A stretch of 64,000 nt of DNA from positions 1 through 64,000 of the IMG/VR virus record IMGVR_UViG_3300016474_000281. One strand, written 5' to 3'. Below, piece by piece: positions 38,701 through 50,000 of the stretch. Both the position numbers and the translations under genes were made by a program. The notes under the pieces were generated by a model. It was not told the DNA's origin, ran no database searches, and saw nothing but the letters and a program-made list of their open reading frames with translations. This stretch comes from a virus. Position 1 is the first letter of the stretch, and each line of letters begins with the position of its first letter.

Positions 38701-39769
38701 TAGCGTCGTAGATAGATTGTAACCTCTGCTCCAACTGTGGTCTATCCATTCTACTAGACTTAGACATAGCTTCTTTGAGGTTTTGTATTTCCTCGTATCT
38801 AGTCTTTAAAAAAGCATTGATTGCGGCATTGTCATAGTTAGCTGTACCTACTGTTTTAAACGCAGTAGATAGTGCTTTATCTTCTCTGCTTACACCTATG
38901 ATGTTGTTTAACCCTGATATTTTGTTCTTGTCATCGTACTTATACCCCATCAGTAGAGGAACCATCTTAGTGTATCTTACATTGGTAGTGCCATAGTATT
39001 CCAACAACACATCTTTGTAAGTATTCATCTGTATCTCCCATCCCATTCTAGTGCTGTAAGGTACATAGTCTGTTGTACTTAGCTGTATAGCACCATCAGC
39101 ATTACGAGTTACTGAACCCCCTTTAGGACTCATTGTTTTAAAGTCATATATAGCTGTACTACCATCTGAAAATACAGCTACTAAATCCATAGTACCTCCA
39201 ATGCTTCTACGTGGATCAACTACTACATTCTCAGTGAGCAACCTAGCTGTCTTAGTGCTGTCTATACTGTTTTGCATATCTTTCACTTCAGACAAGATAG
39301 CTTTTACACTAGATACTAATGAAGCTAGTTGGCTATCTGTAAGTGCATATTCACCTTGACCAAACATGTTTATCAAAGCTTCAGCATCCATCTTACCTGT
39401 AGCTTGTACCTGGTCTATCATGGTCTGCATAGCTTTATGCACCTGAGTACCATACTCCATCTGTTTGGTGTTATCAGCTTTCCTGTCACCAAATATCTTT
39501 CTGTAGTATCTAGCTACTGCATCTGTAACTCGATTACCTAGATATATCTCAGTATAGCCTCCTTGTCCATCTAGCACTGTATAACGCTTTTGGTCATCTC
39601 CTACCTTACTAGCATCTACAGTTTGTTGTTTTAACTTTACTGCTTGTGAAGTAAATTCCAAAGCATTGACTACAGCTTCTTGTGATTTTTCACCACCTGT
39701 AAGACTTATGAACAACTTATTCTTTACCGCCTCACGTAGCTCCATGAAGGTAGGTGTTTTACAACTCAT
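35756..39769 (-). CDS. large virion-associated protein (1337 aa), function unknown
   Basis: Uninterrupted 4-kb ORF; track start TTG 39778 trimmed to ATG 39769, which forms an ATGA overlap with the upstream stop; N-terminus MSCKTP. Confidence 0.8.
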   Translation of the reverse strand: MSCKTPTFMELREAVKNKLFISLTGGEKSQEAVVNALEFTSQAVKLKQQTVDASKVGDDQKRYTVLDGQGGYTEIYLGNRVTDAVARYYRKIFGDRKADNTKQMEYGTQVHKAMQTMIDQVQATGKMDAEALINMFGQGEYALTDSQLASLVSSVKAILSEVKDMQNSIDSTKTARLLTENVVVDPRRSIGGTMDLVAVFSDGSTAIYDFKTMSPKGGSVTRNADGAIQLSTTDYVPYSTRMGWEIQMNTYKDVLLEYYGTTNVRYTKMVPLLMGYKYDDKNKISGLNNIIGVSREDKALSTAFKTVGTANYDNAAINAFLKTRYEEIQNLKEAMSKSSRMDRPQLEQRLQSIYDAIDAFTNNMDATYLVKDAVKLASTLTEDEINKMDFAKLKESHTYIKAVIDFKRALTDSASETNIRLDIHEEELAKTAAILWENYINKLLANIESRYGKINMEGGEIRLSEDDLLTLLASTTTESQNPILRHAQDLFQQGYNEQRKELRDFDEALAKVEKPLLEWARSRGETMEQVFNYLVDKDKALFYGRVSQSFRQQINEARSREDVSFFLNNYQRRSGKNAKGQTYPEWYAATLKEITEVYTERYKKVEDTATRERLIKNSIATWKENNDLSLNNLGQPLHRKAWFKKNYWLEIKPAVIIANESQEYRFIKDNAPLLNYYQFLHDTVAKWRSEVGYDMIHSSLFYPMVRASMIEKLGRDRAFPTLLKDVKESLEVKQDSQMFGSMEYEEMEDKKIPLYFTQPFRDSDGNIDTAQLSKDISASFRLMAKTVSNHKHMSKIEAEVLALQDMIKMVKYEEGGWGRKVFDFMHNAATKEKSGSASMTATVFDAIKDYHLYGIKTQGNVSPSTKYVVEKLLSYFSLRSLGLGIIPAASSYVAGQVNARLEAVKGQIWDTKKWNKATNLMVKDHKKYHSIAFFFGVHNEDMLTDIMRQREGGIKSVLGNPLYSSNLNRYLDQRLLMAPWSYGQERLDNHITVAMAQSYGFDKDGNVRLLVNLPAGTKNVYDSMVLSDNNVWSIEGLDEEQSKRAIMQFQQAVRAGQKRVTGTLSQEDIAYWQTTLAGKIIMQFKSWMPSILKERFGALRFNDVLDVSEEGRYRAVWANNEFEDNANTVVYFFRTLARTIGFVGKNLLTYNSIARMIGGKLVLNDELMQKHYAMFKKKYENYPGMLAKFPTYESFIAMRQGQVRAALGEIEVMLLLVGAIAMLGADWDDDGEPLWSEMWLTHQMYKVINRTKTEVSFTYDPAEYIKLVSNPIPITGLLNHVKNLLVNTVDETIDVLSGREDARDKTGKLHYTTGLIQGAYQLRKFLDILETDQAATR

Positions 39770-40152
39770 ATAGCACAATCTAGTTCTAGTACTCCTTTGT
39801 CAAAGAGACTGGTTAAATAATCGGTTTCTTCAGCAGTGAATCCAGCAGGTAGTTTCTTGTTTGAACTTTGCCATATATCTACTGCAGCTTGTCTATCTTT
39901 CTCCATACGTTCTACATAGCTTTCTACCACTACTGTATCTTCTTCTCTATCCGTTATGCTGTCAAAAGCTTCTGGTATAGGTTTAAGATAACCGTCTTCT
40001 ATGTTGAACAAAGTTATACCTGACTGCCTATGTAAAGCATTTAAGTAAAACCCTATGTTCTTAGACACCTTCATGTTAGCGTCTATAGCTTTGTTGGTAT
40101 ATAAGTAAGATAGAGCGTTATCTAAAGGGTTGTTAAATGGCTTGCAACTCAT
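39766..40152 (-). CDS. hypothetical protein (128 aa)
   Basis: ATGA-coupled on both sides; N-terminus MSCKPF. Confidence 0.65.
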   Translation of the reverse strand: MSCKPFNNPLDNALSYLYTNKAIDANMKVSKNIGFYLNALHRQSGITLFNIEDGYLKPIPEAFDSITDREEDTVVVESYVERMEKDRQAAVDIWQSSNKKLPAGFTAEETDYLTSLFDKGVLELDCAI

Positions 40153-40640
40153 AGCTTATCTTTAAGTTCATTATCATATAGTCTTAGTTGTACAGGGTCA
40201 GTACCAAAGAGGTCTAATCTGTTCTTCATGTCGTGGTATTCCTCTAGTTCATGTATCTGTATAGCTATGTATTTCTGTGCTATGTTAAAAGACTTCATAC
40301 ACATAGCTTTCAAAGCCGCCTTAGCTAAGTCTTCACATTCTTGTGTCACTTCATATTCATGTTGTAAGGTAGTACGTATGACACCATCTAACCCTTCAAA
40401 TGATTTGTCAGGTACAATGATGTCTCTAGTCTCAGGTTGTATGTCTAAAGCTAACAAGTATTCTCTAGCTATGTCAGCATGTTCTAGTTCTTCTTGTGCA
40501 AACTTGTGCCACAACTTAGCTGCATTGAAATAACCAATGTCTTGTAGGTGTACTGACATCTTTAAGTACAGCCTGGAACTAGATTCTTCGTGGTTTATAC
40601 GAGTGTTGAATAGTTCTAATAAATCTTTATCTAACATCAT
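40149..40640 (-). CDS. ferritin-like (non-heme ferritin/Ftn-type) protein (163 aa)
   Basis: FNTRINHEESSSRLYLKMS, AQEELEHA (ExxH) and LQHEYEVTQECE fit the ferroxidase-centre ligand pattern of bacterial ferritins. Confidence 0.8.
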   Translation of the reverse strand: MMLDKDLLELFNTRINHEESSSRLYLKMSVHLQDIGYFNAAKLWHKFAQEELEHADIAREYLLALDIQPETRDIIVPDKSFEGLDGVIRTTLQHEYEVTQECEDLAKAALKAMCMKSFNIAQKYIAIQIHELEEYHDMKNRLDLFGTDPVQLRLYDNELKDKL

Positions 40641-40664
40641 GTTGTTATGTTTTTACAAAGTTAA

Positions 40665-43600
40665 TCAAAGTTTAGGACAATTATTTTTAACGTTAGTCCA
40701 GTTTTTACCTGAGCTAGTTTGTACATATTGTTTGAACTGTTGTATGTCTGAGTTAGAACCTAAGATGTGTATTTGTTCTGAAGTTTTTACAGCATAGTTT
40801 TTACCAAATTCAAACTCTTCACCTCCTGGGCCAGCATCTTCAACTTGTTCAAAAATCAAAGAGTCACCTTTAAAAGTATTTAAGTAATCTAACGCATTTT
40901 GTCCATCTCCTCTAGTGCTACCAGCAAATCTTAAAGTATCAACACGATCTGGATTTACAGCGTTAATTATAACAGATATAGTATTGGAAGTAGACGGTTT
41001 ATGAAACTGTTTAGAATAATCAGTAGAAGAAGCTTTCATATATTCTATAGTTTTTTGAACTATAATATCTATTTCATCATCACTAATTTTATATGTTTCT
41101 TGAATTATGTTTAGTTTTTCTTCAAACAATTTTACATTTGTTTTAAGATCTGACGCTAAAGACTTTAAATCTACACTATTAAATATAGTAGCTACTTGTT
41201 TATTTTCGCCAAACCAGTAACCATACTGATTTGATTTGTTAGTTGTTTTCTTAGAACCCTTATCTAGTGCAAATTTTTCTTTTTTAAACCAAGTACCAAC
41301 TGTACCGTGATAAACAATATCTTTAACCTTACTATCAGGAAATACAGTATCTAAGTATTGAGAATATTGTTCTTGTGTACCTATACTAGATAACTCTGGA
41401 GTTTGTTCAAACACAAACTCTACACCAGGTTTGATAGGTTGTGTTGTATTTAAATCCTGTCTTGTTAAATCTGACTCTACAGTTGTTGTCTGTCTGCTAG
41501 GAAACAATAATCCAGTAATGTCATTAACTGTTAAGTTTTCAGGTAATTGGTTTAAATCTTTTTGTGGCAATATTTTTTGAAACACATCTTCATTCTCATC
41601 ATAATAATCTTCGTCAATAAGTACTACTCTACTTGTAATTAAACTTCTAGGATATTTTTTAGCTGCTTCTTTAAGTGCTGCTACTTTAAAGTTAATTACT
41701 GCTTGAGAAATATATTCTTTTTCTTTAATGTTTGTTTTAGGTTTATTACTTTCATATTCTTCTTTTGTAATTTCAATCCACGTGTCACCTTGACTTTTTG
41801 AATATTCTTTATTAAAATATCTTATATACCTTATTCCATTTGCATAGTATCCAAATATCCCTGAGCCATCTGAATCTTCTACTTCAGATACTACTAACTG
41901 TTTAATGCTCTGAATATCTGTAGTATTATTTCTTGTTTTAATCGGTTTTTTACCTTTTATTATCTCAAACTCAAATTGACTTGCGTTCAATCCTTTAATT
42001 GTTTTTTTACCATTACTTATATCGTATAATCTAAGTTCACCTCCTAAATAAGTATTTATGATTTTAAAACTACTGTCTCCGTCGTATGTAGCATTAGCTC
42101 CAATAAAATTTATTTTTTCTTCAACTTCAGGTTCAATTAGTTTACCATACTTATCATCTAATATTTTATTAAATTGATTTATTATTTGTTTTACTTCATA
42201 CGGGACATTTTCTCCGTAACGTATTCTAAAATTATTTTTAGTTAAAGCAATTACAGATTCGTTGTAAGTATAAGTTGTTCTGTAACTATCAATTGTATCT
42301 GCAAGATTTGGTTCTATTGTACTTAAATTTCTCAAAGGAACGGATTTAGTTAAAGCTATTCCTGTTGTGATGTTATTCTTATCTGTAAAAGCTTTTTCTA
42401 AACCATTTAGTTGCCCAAACGAAGAAGTATGATTATCTGTTTTAGATGCCATTATAATATCTTCTGATTTAGGATAAGCTACAATATAAATAAAAGTTCC
42501 TTGTTTTATTCTTTTTGAAACAACTTCAATACCTTGACCTACGTTTCCTTTAGGAGCTGTAGAAAAAGATAACTCTATCTTTGTTCCAGCTTTTTCATAG
42601 TCATTTAAAATACTGAGTAAACTTTGAACCCATGATAATGTATCTCTTGCAGAATCATAATAAGCATCTTTAATATGATAAAATTCATGTCCTCTTGAAT
42701 ATACTTCTTCAGGATCATATTGAATATCATTTTCTTTTTTCCATCGTTCTATAATTTCTCTTGACTGTTCATACTCTTTGTTTTTTACTATAAAATCCCT
42801 TATAATCTTTATAGAAGCAATTTCTTTTTTTTCTTTATCTGAACTGTCAAACCAAGAAGATATTTTTTTCACAATACCTTCTTCAGATTTATTTTCAAAC
42901 TTTTCTAATTTTTTCAACTTTGCATTTAGCCACTGAGGAGTTATGTTTTCTAGTTTTACATCAGTATCTAGAGAAGCCAAGCTTTTAATTTCATTATTAA
43001 CTTCTTCTAGTGTGTCATATTTATTTCCTAGTGGAGTTGAATATTCTATTTTATAATTAGGAAGAATAATCTTATTGTTACCGTAACCCATAATTTCAGC
43101 CAGATCATTAAGCGTGGTTGTTATAGGTAATTCATCTATTCTTATTTCATCTTGTAATAAAAGACGTTTTACAAAATCAGATATCTGCTTCCAAAGTTCT
43201 TTTAATTTAGAAATAAGAGTAGCGTTTTGTTTAGTATCAAGTTTATCAGCAGCCATAAGACCAAGAAGTTCTACAATAGCTTCTTCTTGTTGTTCTTCTA
43301 ACGTGTAATTTTTTTGTACGTATTTATCTGTGCGACGGTCATAGACTTGTTTGTTTATATATTTAGACTTAACTTCATTTAATACGTCTTTACCGACACC
43401 GTATTCAAGCTCCTTTAGTAAATTATCGTATAATTTTGTATTTGTTTTTTTAATAGCTTTAATAATAGGATGAGCTAATATTTCATGAAAAGGTGTGTCA
43501 GGTGTCATATGTGCTATATTAAGCACCGATGTCATACCTTTGTTGTATCCTTTCCAATCAACATTTGGATTATTTTCAAATTCTACTTCACCTCCTATTC

Positions 43601-43997
43601 TATTAGCAATTTTATAAGATAAATCTTTTAAAGCTGCAATAGACCTGTGTCTGTCAGTAGAAAAAGGAACTAACACTTTAAACAAAGTACTAACAAGTGG
43701 TTCACCGTTGTTATCTGTATTAGGTAACTTATCAGCTTTCCAATTACCAAATGAATCTACAAAACTAGCTGTATATGCTTTACTCCATGCAGCTAAAGCT
43801 ATTTCTTCATTGCTGTTATCTTTAAAGTATTCTGTATCAAGTATTGATGACACATACTTATCTGTTGTAACAACTTGTTTAAATGCAGGATTTACAAGTT
43901 TAGACTTCAACGTGTCATACAACATACTAGGTTTACCGTTAGGTGCTAGTACTTCAATTATGTTGTTGGTGTTATCTCTTTTTATCTGACAAGCCAT
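40665..43997 (-). CDS. large virion protein (1110 aa) with an HEILAH metallopeptidase-like motif
   Basis: Uninterrupted ORF; track start GTG 44015 trimmed to ATG 43997 (MACQIK); HEILAH is encoded at 43470-43487. Confidence 0.8.
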   Translation of the reverse strand: MACQIKRDNTNNIIEVLAPNGKPSMLYDTLKSKLVNPAFKQVVTTDKYVSSILDTEYFKDNSNEEIALAAWSKAYTASFVDSFGNWKADKLPNTDNNGEPLVSTLFKVLVPFSTDRHRSIAALKDLSYKIANRIGGEVEFENNPNVDWKGYNKGMTSVLNIAHMTPDTPFHEILAHPIIKAIKKTNTKLYDNLLKELEYGVGKDVLNEVKSKYINKQVYDRRTDKYVQKNYTLEEQQEEAIVELLGLMAADKLDTKQNATLISKLKELWKQISDFVKRLLLQDEIRIDELPITTTLNDLAEIMGYGNNKIILPNYKIEYSTPLGNKYDTLEEVNNEIKSLASLDTDVKLENITPQWLNAKLKKLEKFENKSEEGIVKKISSWFDSSDKEKKEIASIKIIRDFIVKNKEYEQSREIIERWKKENDIQYDPEEVYSRGHEFYHIKDAYYDSARDTLSWVQSLLSILNDYEKAGTKIELSFSTAPKGNVGQGIEVVSKRIKQGTFIYIVAYPKSEDIIMASKTDNHTSSFGQLNGLEKAFTDKNNITTGIALTKSVPLRNLSTIEPNLADTIDSYRTTYTYNESVIALTKNNFRIRYGENVPYEVKQIINQFNKILDDKYGKLIEPEVEEKINFIGANATYDGDSSFKIINTYLGGELRLYDISNGKKTIKGLNASQFEFEIIKGKKPIKTRNNTTDIQSIKQLVVSEVEDSDGSGIFGYYANGIRYIRYFNKEYSKSQGDTWIEITKEEYESNKPKTNIKEKEYISQAVINFKVAALKEAAKKYPRSLITSRVVLIDEDYYDENEDVFQKILPQKDLNQLPENLTVNDITGLLFPSRQTTTVESDLTRQDLNTTQPIKPGVEFVFEQTPELSSIGTQEQYSQYLDTVFPDSKVKDIVYHGTVGTWFKKEKFALDKGSKKTTNKSNQYGYWFGENKQVATIFNSVDLKSLASDLKTNVKLFEEKLNIIQETYKISDDEIDIIVQKTIEYMKASSTDYSKQFHKPSTSNTISVIINAVNPDRVDTLRFAGSTRGDGQNALDYLNTFKGDSLIFEQVEDAGPGGEEFEFGKNYAVKTSEQIHILGSNSDIQQFKQYVQTSSGKNWTNVKNNCPKL

Positions 43998-44008
43998 AAT
44001 TAGTTTAT

Positions 44009-47000
44009 TTAACACTGAGTTTTTAATTCGTTAGGTATGTCTGTTAAAGAAAAAGTTGTTCGTGATCCATCAGTTCTTAGTTGCTCAACTACTTCAGCTA
44101 ATGCTGTAACGTGTGTTCCTTGACCTCTATTTGCTAACTTACCGGCATATAACAATGTAGCACCGTCTAATTTACCTTGATTAATTTGAGTAAGTATCCA
44201 TTCTCTTTGTTGTGAGTTTATTTGCATTCCGGTGTCATTATTAAAACCAAACTCTTCTAAAAGTCTTTGTTTTAAATATTGATATGTTTGAGGAGCTTTT
44301 TCTTTTAGTTTAGCTAGTCCAGTACCTAACCCATCTTTAGGAAATACTACATTTTTTCCAATAGCTTTTATTTTAGAAATATCGCCATCTATTACAATTT
44401 TATTTTTAGCTAAATCTTTATCAGTCATAAAAGCAGACTCTGCATTAGAAGGAGCAAGTTTAGTAGCAATACCCATAGCATTAGGATTATTTCTAATCTG
44501 AGCTTGCCCTCCTGTACCAGTTCTTTGAGTATTATCTCCAAAAACATATATTTTATTTAAATTAGTTTTCACATCAGCATTTGTGTATCTGTCAACAATT
44601 TCTAAATTTGTAGTAATCCAATTCTTATAAGCCGCCACCGCATCAGCAATTGAATCTACTTTAACAGTATTACCGTAACCAGCTTCACTAAAAGGATTGC
44701 CAAAATGTTCATTTGGATTAGCTGCTGTAGTTCTCATAACATTTACACCTTCAGCTGTATAAACAGGTCTTGATTCTAAATCTCCTTTCCATTCTCTAGA
44801 CAAATCTATTGTAGGTTTTGATACAGATAACATTGTTTTCTCTGAAACTTTCTTAAACATATCAGGTTTAACTTGATTCATAGTTGCTGGAGTATTCCAA
44901 CGCATAACATAAGGATTAGATAACCTGTCTATAGTCAATGCACCATACTTGTTTTGACCTCTGCTGTATCTAACTCCATTATACACATTGTTAACACCAT
45001 ACTTTACCAGGTTAAACTGTTTAGCTTTATTTCTAAATGCTTCTGGATAATAAGAAGGTACAGCATTGGCATATTCAGCTATCTCATTCACCCCTATATT
45101 CATATCGTAAAACCCTACCTCTTTAGCAAAATCATTGAACACTTTGTAATCTATAGCTTCAGATACAGTGAATGGAGAGAAGCCAAACAAAGACTTTACA
45201 TAAGCGTTGTACATGATAAACTTACGTTGTTCTTCTACACTCAAGTCTTGAAAGTTATCGTACATATCTTTTAAATACAACTCATGTCCACCTCTATTTT
45301 TAAGGTATGTTATAGTAACGTTTTTATCTGTAACAGGGTCTTTAGCTACTTCTTTAACTGTCTGCAACTGTTGTAAGAAAGTATTACCATACAATATGTC
45401 TCCAGGTAGATTAGCCCTGTTAATCAACTCATCTATCCAGTTTGTCTGCATAATGTTTTCAAAGCTATACACAGGATACTTAGCTAACACTTTCTTTACA
45501 AAGAAGTGAGATTTAAAACCATTCACTAAGTCCTTCATAACTTTAAGCTTACCACTACCATAGATGCGTTCACTTACCGCTGGTACAATATCTTTATACA
45601 ACAACTTAGCATCTCCCTTATATGTAAAATACAAACTAGTCAAGTTTTTGTACAGCTCCCACTGCTTGTAAAACATATTCATAAAACCATCTTCTACACT
45701 TTGCTGTATCATACTACTTTGTTGCAACTCTAATATACGTTGGTTTTGGTCTTCTACAGCAGAAGCGTTTTGTGCTGGCTTAGTATCTGGTGTATTAGCT
45801 ACCCCTACCCTTAGTTGTTCATCAGCTAGTTTCTCAGTATGTATGTAAGCAGCTAACACTTGAATAGCATCTGCTTGATTAGTAAATGATTTAGCTACTT
45901 GTTCAGCAGTAACTGTGAGTTCACCTACCTTTGACAACTCATCTCTTATACGATCAGCTACAGCTTTACCAAAAGCATGTTCTAATATCAAGTCTTCTCG
46001 TTTACCTTTTAATACACCTTGTAAGTTCTTAGCTTTAACCGTAGTAGATTCAAACAAATCTTTAGCTAACAAATACCTACTCACTAAAGGAGAAGCTACA
46101 GCGTTAACCATCAACTCTGAACTTACACCTCTACGTATAGCTAACATCAAAGGGCCAATAGTGTTCTTCTGTATGTTTAACATTACAGCATACGGGTTCT
46201 TTACACCATCTACTTGAGAAGTAAGTACAGTACTCACCGACTCTGTAATGTGTCTATAATCACTGTCATACATGCTGTAATAGTTACTTCTATCTCCTTC
46301 AAAAGGTATCTTATTAACTAATACACCTTTATCTGTCAATACTCTTGATGTAGCTGTCCAACCATCTATTACAGATACAGGATACTGCTTAGCGTTGTTA
46401 GCTACCAGACCTACGTTGATCTTAGATTGAGCCATGTTTACAGCGTTGGGTAACTGCTTAGCTATACTTCCAACATCACTGAACTGAAGTGCAATAGTAA
46501 CTGATTCAAGGTCGTTCTTGTCATACTTAACTTTCTTAGCATCTAGTACTTGTTTGAATAAATCTTTACTCAACCATGCTTCATTCACTGGTGCCATCAA
46601 CGTATGAAAGTTCTCAGGTAGTAACAACAACTCTATCTCCGCACCTAACAACCTGTTATATACACTTTCAGCTGACTTACCAGACCTATCTATTTCTGGC
46701 ATATACACTTGTTGCTTATCAATGTCGAAGTCAGAAGAACTGATAGGTACAATCTCACTAGGTAGCACTATGTAGTTTTGCATAGTAGGTAGAGCAAACT
46801 CTTTAACAGCATATACACCGTTGAATGACAGTTGCTGGTTAGGGATACGTAGTGACTTTACTATTATCTTGTTGCTACCTTTATTGTATTTCTGTATAGC
46901 CTTAGCTATGTTTGTCTCACCTGTCATAGCTAACAACTTATCAATCATGCTTACAGGTAGAGGTATAATGACTTCAGCAGGTTTCACTACTCCATTCTCT

Positions 47001-50000
47001 ATACGGTAGTTTTGCAACCTGTTAGACCTTTGACCAGGTACATCATCTTGTCCATAACCATACACGCTAAATTGAGCCATCATCTCACCTGGTCTCTTAG
47101 TACGTACAGCTTCATTAGATACTAAACTAAACAATACTGGTTCAAGCCTGTTGAAGCTAGCTAACAAGTCTATAGGTGTATCTTTATCTAGCAAGTCTAC
47201 TGCAGCTAATAAGTTAGGCTGTGACAACTGTGCTTTGATAGATTCTTTCACCCTATCTAAGTTGTTTATGTTGCCTTGCTCATCTATGCCTAACTGTTTC
47301 TTTACATTGTCATAGTGCTTGTCTAACACTGCTTTTAACGCATCTCTGTAATTAGCTATAGCGGTATATATCTTACTTGCAGCTTTCTTTTGGTCTTCAC
47401 TCAACTCATTCCAGGTATCTCTATTGCCAAAGTCTGCAGGTAAATCTTTAGGTATGCCTTCATTGTTATACAAGTTAGACATCATAATAGTTACAGACTG
47501 AGTAGCGTTCTTTATCTTACCTTTTTCTTCATTAGACATAGCTACTTGTTCTTTGAGGTAGTCTGCCCTAAGGTAAGAGAATGTATTGTCTTCAACAGAG
47601 TACTGTTCTACGTCAATGTTTTCTATGTTAGCAGGTACAGCTTTCTTAGTAGCACTATCTAAAGGCAGTATGTCTGTACCATTCTTTAACATGTATTCGT
47701 GCAACTGCTTTAACTTACCTGTACCTAACGCCATACTAGGTGTTATCAGGTGAAATGAAGTCTTCCTAATACCGTTAACAGTTACTTCTTGATGTGTAAC
47801 TGGACCAGAATAGATAGGTTTCAACATAGTGAATGGAGCTAGAAGTTTCTTTCTCTTCTTGTCCATATCTTTAAATGCACCTGGTCTAGTGTTAGCACTA
47901 TCTTCTTGATCCATCAACTTAACAGGTTGATACCCTACTTTATTGACAGCACTCACTTTACCATCAGCACTTAGATATACTAACGGGTCTAACGTGTTTT
48001 GATTAAGTATAGCTAGTTCAAGCTGAAAAGTGTTCTCTAGCTGCTGAGACCATTGACCTAACCTTGTCTTGTACTCTCTATAAAAAAACATGTTGGTATA
48101 GGTAGCACCATCAGCTTCTTCATAATCTTTGAAAGCAATTATCCATTCTTCAGCTCTCTGTTCAGCTATTGTCTCTGGTAACTTGTCGTAGTTGATTAGA
48201 CCATCTTTAAACACTTGCTTCATCTGTGCTAACTCTTCTTGAGTTAAAGATGTACGTGGTCCAACTAATGTTTTCTCTTTGATGATACCTTGAGACTTGA
48301 GTTGTGGATCACCATACGTATAAGTTACACCGTCAATAGTATAAGTGTCTTTCTTATTGCTTTCAACAACTATCCTGTTAGTGTCTTTGTCATTTACTAA
48401 AGGAACTCCAGATGAAGATAAACTTTGAATACGCTTAAACAAGTTAGCCATGTTAGGATATTCACCAGCATAACCAGAGAATACTCTTAAATCTTCATGG
48501 TAGTGGATGATGTATTTCCTAGCTACCTGTCTCATAGCAGGTTCTACCTTACCTTTCAAACTGTCATATATCTCTTTAGATAAGTATATAGGCACTCCAT
48601 CTATGGTAGGTATAGTACCAGAAGCATCTGCATATACATCTTTCAAGTATTGCAAGAAATCATCTTCCAACTGTTTGACATAACCTTCTAATGCTGACTT
48701 GTATTTATCTGCTAGCTGTCTAGGTGTAAGGGTAACATCTTTGCTTAAATCTTTTATATTTAAGAAAGAAAACAACTTGAGCTGATCACCTCCCATCTTC
48801 TTAAATACCTTGTAGTCTTTTCTGTTTGACCATACTCTAAGTTCATCATACAACAAGTTAGCTAGGTAGTTTACAGGGTTTACATTCTCTAAGTAGTCTT
48901 GTTTGCTTTCAAAGCTACCTGCAAAGATAGAACCTCTATCACCATGCTTTATACCAAAATACTTTACTTCTGTACCTGTAACTGTTAAAGCAGAACGTAT
49001 AAGCATAGGTATCATGTCTGGTGCTAACAAGTTCTTAGCATCTACACCATCTGTATAAGTCATCCCTGTGAACAAGTTGATGTTAAACCTGTCACCTAAT
49101 AACCATTGTTTTAACAATACAGAGTTTGTTCTCCAGTTACCTTCACTGTCTTGATAGAAGTTAAAACTATCTTGTACGTAGAAAGGAAGTAGCTTCTCTA
49201 AATATGCTATACGTTGTGATACTATATCTCCTTCTTCATCTACTGGTAGGTTCACTACATAGTTTATAGCGTTTTCAATTTGTTTCTGATAAGTGGTCTT
49301 AGTGAATGGAAACACCCTGTCATTGTTATGGTTTAATATAACTCCTTGCTCATTAGGTGCATATCTGTTAGCTACAGTTAATACTTTACGCAAGCTACCT
49401 AGTATAGCATAGTCTCTACCTTTAGGGTCTAACATCAGCTTTCTGTCAAACACATTGGCAAAAGATAAGTTAGTACCAGATACATTTTGTACTGTTTGTA
49501 AGAAATCCGTTGTAACAGTAACCATGTCTGTTATAACTCTTTTAACAGTGTTGTTGGAACCAGGCAGTACAGTGTTTAATATCTCACTGGTGAGTGTTAT
49601 ACCTGTCAATGCTTTAAAGTTAGCTATGAGGTTTGGATTTTGTAAAGCATCTAACAAGTCACTATTAGATTTATATGCAGATAACAACCGCATCTTCATA
49701 TCTCTAATCTGTGTCTCAAACCTGGTATTCTCATCTAAAGGTTGTACTTGCAAATTATCTTCAGACCATACCCCTTTATACATCTCATAGTACACGTTGT
49801 TGAGACTAGCTAAGAACTGGTTGCGCAACTTAACTTTAGCTTCACTAGCAGGTACTCCAGCTACTGTGCCTAACCTCTCTAACAATACTTTTACCCAGGG
49901 TTTCTCATTGATGTTGGCTCTCAATACAGCTTCTACGTTGTTCCAGTTTTGAGGTGTATCTTTAAGCATCTTGTACAACGTATATATAATATCGTTGAAT

